From NCBI RefSeq assembly GCF_009914755.1, contig NC_060932.1: a stretch of DNA of 64,000 nucleotides; one strand, 5' to 3'. Below, one piece after another: positions 15,888-64,000 of the stretch; position 1 is the stretch's first letter; every line of letters starts with the position of its first letter. Both the position numbers and the translations under genes were made by a program. The stretch comes from the human T2T-CHM13v2.0 reference genome, Homo sapiens. The notes beneath the pieces were generated by a model. The model did no database searches and was not told the origin of the DNA. It worked only from the letters and a program-made list of their open reading frames with translations.

Positions 15888-18087
15888 ACATTTGTATTTA
15901 ATGAGTTGGCATTAATTCTTTGAGCACATCTCTCTGTGTGGATGCTTCCCTGAACTAGAGCCATGGCCTGGCCTGTTTAACAGGCTGCCTCTCCCCAGGC
16001 CCTGGGCAGGTCCTTACCCACCACAGGCTGGTCTCACGGATTGTACAGTCATGCCCTCTGAGCCCAGACTACCCCACATTGCTTCTTGGAACTGCCCTGG
16101 GCTCTCTGGGCCCACACGAGCTACCAGCTTCGGTGGTCAGAGGAGTAGAGGAGCCTCTTCCCGGCAAGGCCACTGCTCCACGAGCACCTCTCAAGGGCTG
16201 AGGGTTAGTCGGATGGGGCTGCGATGTGCCGAGCCCCCTGTCCACCCTTAGCCCTGGAGTGACTGTTTGCCTGCTAGCTTCCCAGGAGTATCCTGCTAGG
16301 GATTTACACCAGGGGGTTGGTGTGCAGGCACCGGGGTACTCAGTGAGGGGGACTCAGAAGAGACAGAGTTTAAGGTTTTAGCCCATCGGGACCGTTTGGC
16401 CTGAGCATTACCCCACTCCCCTGAGCCTCCACCCTCTCAGTGACAGCTCCTCCTGCAATCAGACCCCCAAAGGCCCCAAACTGTTTCTTCAGGCAGACTT
16501 GGCTACAGCTGTCTTCTCCCTGGGCTGCTGGCACACTGCCCCTAGCCCTGAGCAGCCTGGGCCTGTATGTGTTGGCATCTGCAGGGAGCAGGACCTCAGC
16601 ACTGACCATGGTCTATCCTGGGCTGGGTGGTTCTTGGGCTCCCACAAAAAGAGCTGGAGCTGCAAAGGAACTAACTGAGAGGAGCCCCTGAGCCTGGGAG
16701 CAAGGATCTGGAAGAAAGTGCTGGGAGAGACCACGCCAAGGTAGGAGCCTGGCTTTCTTCACCTCGTGGGCCGCCACCCCAGGGAGGCAGGACACCGAAC
16801 TGTGATCAGTATGACGGGCCTGGCAGCAAGGCCCATTCTCCCAGGCAAGAGGCCCCACTTCTGCAGAAGGGCCCCTGCAGCTACAGGGAGCGTGCAGGCA
16901 CTGGGGATGGTGGGTCTGTTCCTGCTGCCCAAGCTCTGTCTGCGACGGTTCCGCTCTGCGGAGGCCCTTTCTCATTGTCCTTGAGTTGGCCTGCACACGG
17001 GCCTTTGAAGGCCTGGTCTTCCTCCCCACTTCTGCTCCCTCCTGTCTTGGCAGGACCATCAGAGGAGGAAGGAGCCCCTGTGACCCGGAAAGCCTCTAGT
17101 CTGGGCCCCATCAAACATCAGGGGGCAGGCCAGCTCCCAGGGGGGCTCAGGACCACCCAACTCTGAGGGCAGAGGCCACTGCCAGCTCCAGCCTTCCAGG
17201 ATGCTGCCGCCTGAGGCTGGGCCCCTGCCCAGCTGACCCGGCTGCTTCCCTTTAGGGGTTGCAGGTACTGAGGGTTCTAGGGGGTGGGGGCTGAAGGTTG
17301 AGTGTGAGCTTCAGAAGTCGCCTGGTAAAAGAAGAAAGCTTCTGAGGGAGGATGAGGACAAGGATGGGACAAGGTGGGTGGTTTGGTGGCATGGCTGTGG
17401 GCAACAGGGCTCCTGGTCTCATGCTTGCCCCCTTCCCCTCATCGCTTTGCCACCACCCCCATCAGCACCGGTGCTTGGGGCCTGCCCTCTCCTGTCCACC
17501 CTGGGCTGCAGGCTTGGTGGAGCCACCTCCCAGCTTCTTCTATCTTCCCTCCCATAGGCCAGCGATCAAAGGCATCCATGGAGGCTCTGCTCTGTGCCAC
17601 ACATGAGCCACACTCCCCCAGGCCGCAGAGGAGCAAGGTGCACAAGCCTGAGTGAGGAATCCGCTGCCTTTTGAAGTCTCTGTGAGCTTCCTGCCCATCC
17701 CAGTAGGAACTGGGGCAGGGGTCAGAATCATAATGGCAGAAAGGTGCCTCAGGGCCGAGGCCTTGAGCACTGCTCACTTACAGTTTCCCGGGGCTGAGTC
17801 CAGGGCCAAAGCTGGGCCCCTGGGAGGCAGGATAGCCCACCACGCAGGGCCTGCTGGGGCGAGGATGCCCACCACCACCAGCTGCACAGCAAGTGGCCAG
17901 AGGCTCTGAAGCGCGAAACCCTGCCCAAGAGGAATTTGGAGGAGACTCCACCCTCCACCGGAAGGCAGGAATGGAGCCGGACCTGACGTCCCCCACTGTC
18001 CCCAGAGGGTGGTCCCCTGAGTAGGAGCAAAGCCTGCAACTCACTGTTCCTTGTCCCTCCACAAGGAAAGGTTTCCTGGGCTCCTCA

Positions 18088-19855
<1,768 letters not shown>

Positions 19856-19970
19856 CATGATTTTGGAGATTCCCCAGAGATTTGTCCTTTCACCTCCTGC
19901 CCTTGATTCTCAGAGGCTCTTACTGAGCCTCCTCAGTTTTCATGGCAACGTAGGTATTTGCATGGTGTCT

Positions 19971-20933
19971 TGTGGGCGGAGGATTACCTAGGTGCCGAGG
20001 CAAGAGACTGAAGGCAGAAACTGTTTCAGTATAATAAAGAAAATATTTAGAATAAGAATAGTCATAATACAAATTAGATATAGGGATGACCATGGACAAT
20101 TATCAATCATTATTATAAGCATTATTAATCATTAGCTTTTACCATTACTCTTTGTTGCATTACTAACAAAACGTAGGAATAACCGGCGGATATAGGGTCG
20201 GGTGCTGAACGGACATGGTGAGAAGTGACCTAGAAGGCAAGAGGTGAGCCCTCTGTCACGCCCGCATAAGGGCTGCTTGAGGGCTCCTTGGTCAAGCCCT
20301 AACGCCAGTGTCTGGGAAGTCACCCGTTGCTTAGTAGACTGCGAAAGGGAGTCTCCTTTCCTTGGAGGAGTCAGGGAACACTCTGCTCCACCAGCTTCTT
20401 GTGGAAGGCTGGATATTATCCAGGCCTGGCCGCAATCATCCGGAGGCCTAAACCCCTCCCTGTGGTGCTTCAATGTTCACGCTCCTTGTCCACTTTCATG
20501 CTCCTCCTGTACTCCTAGTTCCTCTTTGAAGTTTGTAGTAGATAGCAGTAGAAGAAATAGTGAAAGTCTTAAAGTCTTTGATCTTTCTTGTAAGTGCATA
20601 CAAGAAAACGCTGACGTTTGCTGCCTTCTCTCTCTGCTTCGGCTACCTAAGAGGGAAGGGCCCCCTGTCCTATGATCATGTGACTTGCTTCACCTTGTCA
20701 ATCACTTAGAAGATTCACCCTCCTTACCCTGCCCCCCCTTGTCTTGTATGCAATAAATATCAGCGCGCCCAGCCATTCGGGGCCACTACCAGTCTCTGCG
20801 TCTTGATGGTAGTGGTCCCCCGGGCCCAGCTGTTTTCTCTTTATCTCTTTGTCTTGTGTCTTTATTTACTACAATCTCTCGTCTCTGCACATGGGGACAA
20901 CACCCGCTTAGCCCCATAGGGCTGGACCCTACA
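19971..20933 (+). mobile_element. Solo ERVK-class LTR (LTR13-like), 963 bp
   Basis: TGTGGGCGG...CCCTACA termini, 6-bp TSD GTGTCT (19965-19970 and 20934-20939), internal AATAAA ~20751. Confidence 0.85.
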
Positions 20934-20934
20934 G

Positions 20935-21587
<653 letters not shown>

Positions 21588-21902
21588 CATAGATTCAGTT
21601 AAGAGACTCTTCTCCTTTTACAGAAGACAATTGGATGAATTGGTTAGGTCACCAAGGCCTTGTCCAGGTTGTCATATGGAGAGTTCTGCTCTTTCACTGG
21701 GGATGACCAGCCGCTGCTGCGGACCTTGGGTTGCTGTTATGAAGGAGTGCCTGCAAATCCTCCTGAGGGTGCAGACCCCAGGCCTTGCAGGTGACCAGGA
21801 AGGTGATTTCCTGGCAGGCCCAGGAACATAGAAATTGACCCAAATTATAGGTATTGCGTTTCTTGCCTCTGCAAAGAAGCAAACAATACAGGTCCACTCT
21901 GA

Positions 21903-22193
<291 letters not shown>

Positions 22194-22321
22194 TGAGTAG
22201 CTGGGACTACAGGCACGTGCTACCATACCCACCTAATTTTTTTTTTTTTTTTTTTGTATTTTTAGTAGAGACGGGGTTTCACCGTGTTAGCCAAGATGGT
22301 CTCGATCTCTGGACCTCGTGA

Positions 22322-22879
<558 letters not shown>

Positions 22880-22998
22880 TAGGCTGGTCTGGAACTCCCA
22901 ACTTCAGGTGATCTGCCTGCCTCAGCCTCCCAAAGTGCTGGAATTACAGGCATGAGCCACTGTGGTCAGTTTTTTTTGTTTTGTTTTGTTTTTTTTGA

Positions 22999-23150
<152 letters not shown>

Positions 23151-23388
23151 TAATTTTAGTAGAGACGGGGTTTCGCCATGTTGGCCAGGCTGGTCTTGAA
23201 CTCCTGACCTCAGGACCTGCCTGGGCCTCCCAAAGTGTTGGCATTACAGGCCTGAGCCACCACACCCAGCTAAATTAATTAGTTAAATGAACCTTTGACA
23301 CACTGTCCTCATTTCCTAGGGCTGCCAGAACAAATTACCACAAAGTTAGTGACTTAAAATTGATGAACAATTTTATTCTCAGTCACTT

Positions 23389-24081
23389 TGCAAGCCAGGG
23401 ACCTCCAGCCGATGATGCCCCACCTGGGCCTCGCTGGGCCACAATACCTGCTGCAGAGACAGCTCGCCCACTCACCCCACCTGGGCCGAGTCTGGCTTGT
23501 GCACTGGTTCCCAAGTTCTTGTCCTGCACCCACAAAGAATGGGGATACACTGGCAATCGAAGAGTGAGGGTGGAGATTTTATTGAGTGATACAATAGGTG
23601 GGGGGTTTATTGAGTGATAAAACAGTTTTCAACAGAGAGGCGATTTGGGGGTGGTCCCCCTACTTAAAGGCAGGAAAGTCCCCTCAATGTGGCTGAGTCC
23701 AGGGCTTTTATGGGCTCAGTATTGGGGAGGGGCAGGTCATAGGTAGTATTAGAGAAGGCAACATTCAACTGGTTAAAAGCATTATTCAGGCTGGGTGTTG
23801 TGGCTCATGCCTGTAATCCCAACACTTTGGGAGGCTGAGGCAGGCAGATCATCATCTGAGATCAGGAGTTTGGGACCAGCCTGGGCAACATGGTGAAACC
23901 TTATCTCTACTAAAATACAAAAAATAGCTGGGTGTGGTAGCATTCACGTTCGCCTGTAATCCCAGCTACTGGGGAGGCTGAGGCATGAGAATTGCTTGCA
24001 CCAGGAGGTAGAGGTTGCAGTCAGCCAGGATCGTGCTACTGCACTCCAGCCTGGGTGACAGAGTGAGGCTCTCTCTCTCAA

Positions 24082-24130
<49 letters not shown>

Positions 24131-24330
24131 TAAACTAAAAGCATTATTCGGAAAGAACCCATCAGGAAAGGGCAGGCAAACAGGAACAGAAGTTCTCGCT
24201 CTGGGTCTCGAGTTTCATCCCAGACCAGCAGTTCTGTCTTTCAGGCTTCAGGCTTTTTGGCTTGGAGGTGTGGTTTCACCGGGGACCCGCCCTATCTGCC
24301 TATGCATTTGGCTGCCTCCTGTCGCTATCA
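23389..24330 (-). mobile_element. ERV1-class LTR (LTR27/MER61-like) interrupted by an Alu with (AAT)n tail
   Basis: Minus strand begins TGATAGCGACAGGAGGCAGCCAAATGC...; Alu ~23788-24130 flanked by AAAAGCATTATTC duplication; subfamily uncertain. Confidence 0.55.
24082..24130. repeat. (AAT)n microsatellite in Alu tail
   Basis: ~16 AAT units. Confidence 0.92.
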
Positions 24331-24560
24331 ACACGTCAGGGCTGAGTTAAGTGGCTCTTGCCTATAATCCCAGCGCTTTGGGAGGCGGAGGTGGGGAGGA
24401 CTGCTTGAGACTAGGACTCAAGCAATCAACACTGTCTCGGGCTGGGCGCGGTGGCTCACGCCTGTCATCCCAGCCCTTTGGGAGGCCGAGGCGGGCGGAT
24501 CACCTGAGGTCGGGAGTTTGAGACCAGCCTGACCAACATGGAGAAACCCTGTCTCTACTA

Positions 24561-24719
<159 letters not shown>

Positions 24720-25199
24720 TCAAAAAAAAAAAAAAAAAAAAAAAAAACACTGTCTCTACAGAAAAATTTAAAAATTAGCTAGGTGTGGTGGTGCATGCCT
24801 ATAGTCCCAGCTACTTGGGAAGCTGAGAAGGGAGGATCCCTTGATCCCAGGATGTCGAGGCTGCTGCAAGCCATGATCGCCTCACTGCACCCCAGTCTGG
24901 GCCACAGAGTGAGACCCTGTCTCTTAAAAAAATAAAAATAATAGTGCCAGGGGCTGGGCACGGTGGCTCACGCCTGTAATCCCAGCACTTTGGGAGGCCG
25001 AGCGGGCGGATCACGAGGTCAGGAGATCGAGACCATCCTGGCTAACACGGTGAAACTCTGTATTAAAAATACAAAAAAAAATTAGCCGGATGTGCTGGCG
25101 GGCGCCTGTAGTCCCAGCTACACGGGAGGCTGAGGCAGGAAAATGGCGTGAACCCAGGAGGCGGAGCCTGCAGTGAGCTGAGATCGTGCCAGGTACTCA

Positions 25200-25358
<159 letters not shown>

Positions 25359-25749
25359 TCACAGTTTTAGAAACCGGAAGTCTGAAATTGCAGTGCTGTG
25401 TATGTGTAAACAAAACAGACAAACAAAAACACTGGTCTGAAATCAAGGTGTCAACAGGGTTGGTTCTCTCTGAGGCTCTGAGGAAGAACCTGCCAGTTCT
25501 CTTTCCTGCTGTGGAGCTGCTGGCTCCGGGCGCCTCGGCCGTGATCCTCTCCCGTTTCTACCTCCACCTTCATGTGGCCTTTCCCTCTGTGTCCCAAATC
25601 TCCCTCTCTCTTCTCCTGTAAGGACACTGGTCACTGGATTCAGGGCCTGCCCTTACCCACAGTGACTTTGTCTAAAGACCCTTGGCTTAATTTCATCTGT
25701 AATGATCCCATTTCCAAATAAATTTGCATTCCCAGGCTCTAGGGGTTAG

Positions 25750-25986
<237 letters not shown>

Positions 25987-26049
25987 TGATCTCCCGACCT
26001 CCTGATCCACCCGCTTTGGCCTCCCAAAGTGCTGGGATTACAGACGTGA

Positions 26050-26436
<387 letters not shown>

Positions 26437-27455
26437 TGATCCACCTGCCTCGGCCTCCCAAAGTGCTGGGATGACAGGCACGAGCCACTGTGCCTAGCCC
26501 CTTCTTTCTTTAATGACAGTTCTGGAGACCAAAGAGACTGGGAACACAGGGTTTTGGGAACGTGGGAGTTCTGGGAGGTGACGGACAGGCTTGAGAGCGG
26601 GCCCGCACTGAAGGGCTAGAGTGAGCTGCATTTCTGGGTCTTGGATGGGGCAGGGGCTGTGGGCACTTGGGACCTGGGGAAAGCTTTCACCACATCCCTG
26701 GGCCCTGTGGCTCAGCTGTGTGACATCGACTCCCCGCCACACCCTCGGGGGCAGGATGTCACGCCCCATCCAGAGCCCTGCAGCCGGGCAGGATCCTAGG
26801 CCACAGTGTGTCTCCCGGGATGCTAAAACAGGACAGAGGTCATTCCTTCGTTCATTTTGGGGGTGTTTCCCAAGAGTGGGTGGCAGAGTCCTCCATCCGA
26901 CCCTTCCCACCTGGGGCAGCCATGTCGGTTGGTGGCCAAGCCTCCCTGTGATGGCAGTGCCCGGGCCCCTAGGCAAGGCATGGCATATCCCACCATGCAG
27001 CTCACACTTTGCTCACGTCACGGCACAGATGCCTGGAGGCCTTACTGTGTCAGCCCACATGGCTCTTCTGGACCTGTTCCATTACAGAGGAAAGGTTGCC
27101 GAGGGAGGCAGATGTTAGCAAATGAGAACACTCCAGAAAGCCCGGCTCCGGGAGGGGCCCCAGGTCCATCTGTGAAGTTCTAGTCTGGGCTTTGGGGATG
27201 AGGGACTGAAGACTGGAGGCCAATCCCTGTCCTGCTAGCAAAGTGATGCAGGGCACACAGAATCATTGAGCCCAGCAAACTTGACCTTGGGGATGACAGA
27301 GACTTCACAGGAGACACGCCATAACAGAAGGGGCACTAAAGGGCTGGAGGCACCGGCTTTCCCTAGGCAGGGACCACCCCATTGAAGAGATGCCTTTGGG
27401 TTCAGTCCCAGTGGGAGGAGCAAGAGGACTGTAAGAAGATGAGGACGAGGAGCCA

Positions 27456-27697
27456 TGTGGGAGGAGGAGGGGCCACTTGTGGGAGGAGGAGGGGCCCCTT
27501 GTGGGCGGAGGAGGGGTCACTGGTGGGAGGAGGAGGGGCCACTGGTGGGAGGAGGAGGGGCCACTGGTGGGAGGAGGAGGGGCCACTGGTGGGAGGAGGA
27601 GGGGCCACTTGTGGGCGGAGGAGGGGCCACTGGTGGGAGGAGGAGGGGCCACTGGTGGGAGGAGGAGGGGCCATTGGTGGGAGGAGGAGGGGCCACT
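27456..27697. repeat. 22-bp G-rich minisatellite x11
   Basis: Unit GGTGGGAGGAGGAGGGGCCACT. Confidence 0.92.
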
Positions 27698-27904
27698 TCT
27701 GAGAGTTGTGAAAAGGCCTTGAGGCCTGAAAACCTCCCACTTTCAGCTACTGTGGCACCCTTAGGCCAAGCTGACTCAGGAGCCCTCGTGGATTCCACAA
27801 GGATGGTGTTTTGTTTCATGCTCACAGTGGGGTCTAGGAGGGCTTGCAGGCAGTAAGTGCCAGGACCCGTGTTGGCGCCCGAGGATCCCTGGCATGTTCG
27901 GGGA

Positions 27905-28005
27905 CGGTGAGGTCAGTCCAGCAGCGGTGAGGTCAGTCTAGTAGCAGTGAGGTCAGTCTAGTAGCGGTGAGGTCAGTCTAGTAGCGGTGAGGTCGTCAGT
28001 CCAGC
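27905..28005. repeat. 20-bp tandem repeat x~5 containing TGAGGTCA
   Basis: Unit CGGTGAGGTCAGTCTAGTAG. Confidence 0.88.
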
Positions 28006-28746
28006 AGTAGCCTTGCTGGCTGCATGGCATGCCCGGGCCTGGGCCCCTACCCAGCCAGGGCTGTCACAGAGTGAGTAGCAGCAGCCTAGGGCACTGCAGG
28101 AGGCTGTGACGTCACTGACGTTCCCATAAGAAGCTAAGTGACAGGGACCAAGGGTGGCTGCAAAGTGAACCCCAGAATCTGAAGCCCTGGCCCTGGGAAG
28201 GTCTCCCCATGGGCACGGGAGCTGCTCCAGGACCCCTTTGGCCACTCTCCTGGTTGTCTTCCAGTTCCCAGTCAGGGGCGTCATCTTGGCCCTCACACAG
28301 GCAGGTGGTGAGTTGGAGTCCTGAGGTTAAAGAGATTCACGCTAATCACACTATAGCACGGAGTGTTAAAGAGAGGCGGATACCGGGCCGTGAGGACCTC
28401 AGGAAGCCCTCAGCCCTCCCCGGATTATCCACGTGCTTCTCACAGCGGTCCTTCCGGCAGGTGCCTGCCCGGGGAATGCGCAGTGCGCCGAGGGCGGGAC
28501 TGGAACCCTCCGCTCTCAGGAGGCGCGGTCCGGGCGCCAAAAGGTAAGCCTCTGGGGGCCGCCAGGGGACGCTGCCCCGCCGCGGAGGCCGGCACGACTC
28601 GGGGCGTGGCCTCCAGCCTCGCCCACCGCCCACGGGGCGGGGCTCTGGCTCCGGCGCGTGCGCACTACGCGCCCTCCCGCAGGGCCTGCTGGGCTGCGAG
28701 ACGCTAAGCGGCGCCGGGCGGGAGAAGAGCGGAGCAGTGGTCGGAG

Positions 28747-48711
<19,965 letters not shown>

Positions 48712-48746
48712 GGTGCAGCCGCCCAGGGCCGGCGGGGCCCTTTTCA

Positions 48747-57489
<8,743 letters not shown>

Positions 57490-58062
57490 CTGGAGGGGAG
57501 AGAAAGACAGGGCAGTGAGGGGCCACATCTGGCAGCTCACCTCATCCGGGGAACGAGAAAAGACCACCAAGCCTGGCCCCTGCCTCCTGGGAGCTCTGCC
57601 CAAACCCTCTCTGCAGCAGGGAGAAGGGCTTCTGGAGACAGCTGTGCACAGCCCCCCACAGCGACCCCCATTCACGCTCTCATGCCCACGGCCCAGCCCT
57701 GGCACAGGCCCCTCCCCAGGAAGCCCCTACCTCACGGCTCCCTAGCAGCCAGGCCCTGTGCGGCAAGCACTCAGGGTTAGAGTGCACTCTGTGTCTGCAC
57801 ACCCCCAAACCTGCCTGGTTGCACACCTACAGCAGCCCAGCCCCGGCCCCTGGGTCCAAATGTCACAGGGCAGGAAGCCAGAGCCAAGGGGTATCTGTAG
57901 CTACTGATCTGCGTGCCTGTTAGAGAAGAGGAAGCCCTGCGCTATCCTGACGCCTCGGGCTCCCCCAGGCTGCCTCTCTTATCTCCTCCCTTTTCACTGC
58001 CCTCCCAGAATGATAAGAGGCTGTGTGTTCTTTGCTACTAGGTAGCTAGTTTAACTAGCTAG

Positions 58063-61900
<3,838 letters not shown>

Positions 61901-62019
61901 CTGACCCCAGGAGGATGGCTTGAGCACAGGAGTTCGAGGCCAGCCTGGACAACATAGCAAGACCCCGTTTCTTAAAAACAAAAAACAACAGAAGAAGAAA
62001 ACCTCTTTTCCTGCTATTT

Positions 62020-62460
62020 ATGGCTCCATTTCTTGCTTCAGTTTACGCACATCTCCTCCAGAGTTGTCTGTGTTCACTGTTACTGACTCTCCTCCCCTGC
62101 TGGGCTCTTACCCCTGCTCCATTCAGACCACAACCCCTCGTGCCCACCAGACTGCCCTGTCAGTCACCAGGCATCACCTGAGGCTCAACAGCGTGGGACC
62201 CAGTGTCGAGTCCCTCCCAGCTGCCTTCCCTGGGCCTCCAGGGCCCTGTCCAGCTTTCCCCCTGCCTTCCAGGCCATGCCACCTCCAGCTCTTTCATGGC
62301 CTCTCATCTCCCCAATCTCTCAATGTTGGGGTGCCCCAAGACCCTGTCTTTGTCTATATTCTGGGTGATCTCAACCAGTTTCCAAGGGCAGACACCAACC
62401 CCAGGCTGAAGACTCTGACTTGACCTCCATACCAGACCTCAATCCTCAATTCTAGACTCT
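62020..62460. mobile_element. L2 fragment
   Basis: Pyrimidine-rich; AATGTTGGGGTGCCCCAAG...CTGGGTGATCTCAACCAGT resembles L2. Confidence 0.4.
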
Positions 62461-62471
62461 TGCACACACCC

Positions 62472-62629
62472 TCCTGCTCTGCACTGCTGCCTGATGTGGA
62501 ATGAGCACCTCGGCCAACCTACGGTGGCCAGCGTCCAAGGCAGCACAACGCTTCCTGCTCTGCACTGCTACCTGATGTGGAATGAGCACCTCAGCCAATC
62601 TACGGTGGCCAGCATCCAAGGCAGCACAA
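62472..62629. repeat. 81-bp tandem duplication
   Basis: TCCTGCTCTGCACTGCT at 62472 and 62553. Confidence 0.85.
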
Positions 62630-64000
62630 TGTCCTCTGCAGTGAATGCTGGGAGGTGTTGCACCCTCCGCAACCCCCACCAGGGTTGGTAGATATGACCA
62701 GCAGAATATGACAGAAGGTTAACAGTGTATTACTACTACTTTTTTTTTTTAGATGGAGTTTTGCTCTGTCACCCAGGCTGGAGTGGAGTGCAATCTCGGC
62801 TCACTGCAACCTCCGCCTACGGGTTCAAGCAATTCTCCTGCCTCAGCCTCCTGAGTAGCTGGGATTACAGATGCCTGCCACCACACCCAGCTAATTTTTG
62901 TATTTTTAGTAGACACAGGGTTTTGCCACGTTGGCCAGACTGGTCTCGAACCCATGACCTCAGGTGATCTACTACCTGCCTCGGCCTCCCAAAGCGCTAA
63001 GATGATAGGTGTGAGCCAACGTGCCTGGCCTTTTTTTTTTTTTTTTGAGATAGGGTCTCACTCTGTTGTCCAGGCTGGAGTGTAATGGTGCAATTATAGC
63101 TCACTGCAGCCTTGACCTCCTGGGCTTGAGCGATCCTCCCACCCTGGCCTCCCATGTAGCTAGGACTACACACAGGCCACTATGCCCAGCTAACTTTTAT
63201 ATTTTATATTTGGGCCAAGCACAGTGGTGCACTCCTGTAATCCCAGCACTTTGGAAGGCCAAGGTGAGTGGACTGCCTGAGCTCAGGAGTTTGAGACCAG
63301 CCTGGCCAATGCGGCGAAACCCTGTCTCTATTAAAAATACAAAAAAAAAATTAGCCGGGCGTGGTGTCACACACCTGTAATCCCAGCTACTTGGTGGAGG
63401 GTTTAGGGAGCTGAGGCACAAGAATTGCCTGAACCCACGAGGCGGAGGTTAAAGTTAGCTGAGATCACACCACTTCATTCCAGCCTGAGTGACACAGCAA
63501 GACTCCGTCTCACCAGGAAAAACAAAAAAAAAAATTATTTGTAGAGATGGGGTCTTGCTATGTTGCTCAGGCCAGTCCTGAACTCCTGGCCTCAAGCAGT
63601 CATCCCACTTCAGCCTCCCAAAGTGTGGGACTATAGGTGTGAGCCAGTGCACCCAGCCTGAGATTCGGTTACAGGACTCGCCGTGGCTTCAGTCTTGGTG
63701 GGTGTCTCATTGTGAGGGAGGCTGCCATGTTGTGAGCTGCCCCAGGGAGGGGCCCATGTGGTGAGGAACTGCGGCCTCCTGCCAATAGTGTGTTAGGAGC
63801 AGAAACTCCAGCCCTCGTCAAGCCTTCAGAGGACAGGAGCCCTGGCCAGCAAATACATATGTATGCCGGGGTAGGTGCCCAGGAGGGTTGGCCTCCTTTG
63901 GCCTGAGCTTCTGACCCATCTGCCTGCTGGGTCAGCCCCTATTCACAACCCTCTTGTGGCTCCTCCCTGCTTTGTGGAGAATAGTCCTGACCACGGCCTA

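Noticed and set aside
27305-27856. Pro-rich and Gly/Arg/Glu-rich ORFs in all frames
   Set aside because: Artefact of the 22-bp minisatellite

Overview
Human (primate) GC-rich, Alu-dense genomic DNA recognisable as the 8q24.3 gene cluster. It holds TMEM249 (-), FBXL6 (-) head-to-head with SLC52A2 (+), and ADCK5 (+) tail-to-tail with CPSF1 (-; exons 3-38 only, 5' end outside the window), plus three intronic miRNA hairpins in CPSF1 (MIR939, MIR1234, MIR6849). I rebuilt all exon chains by hand from GT/AG boundaries. They keep phase and give 235, 539, 445 and 580 aa, plus 1395 C-terminal residues of CPSF1. Interspersed repeats include dozens of Alus, a solo LTR13 with intact TSD, MaLR/ERV1 LTRs, and L1, L2 and MER58 remnants. 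I see no clearly new protein-coding system. The most unusual signals are: exon-end plus 5' splice site duplications in three neighbouring genes; a ~59-copy 54-bp intronic VNTR open for 1160 codons; a shared ADCK5/CPSF1 3' region with no AATAAA but a UGUA palindrome; an inverted Alu pair sharing private substitutions; and a CATG in the bidirectional promoter that could start ORFs on both strands.
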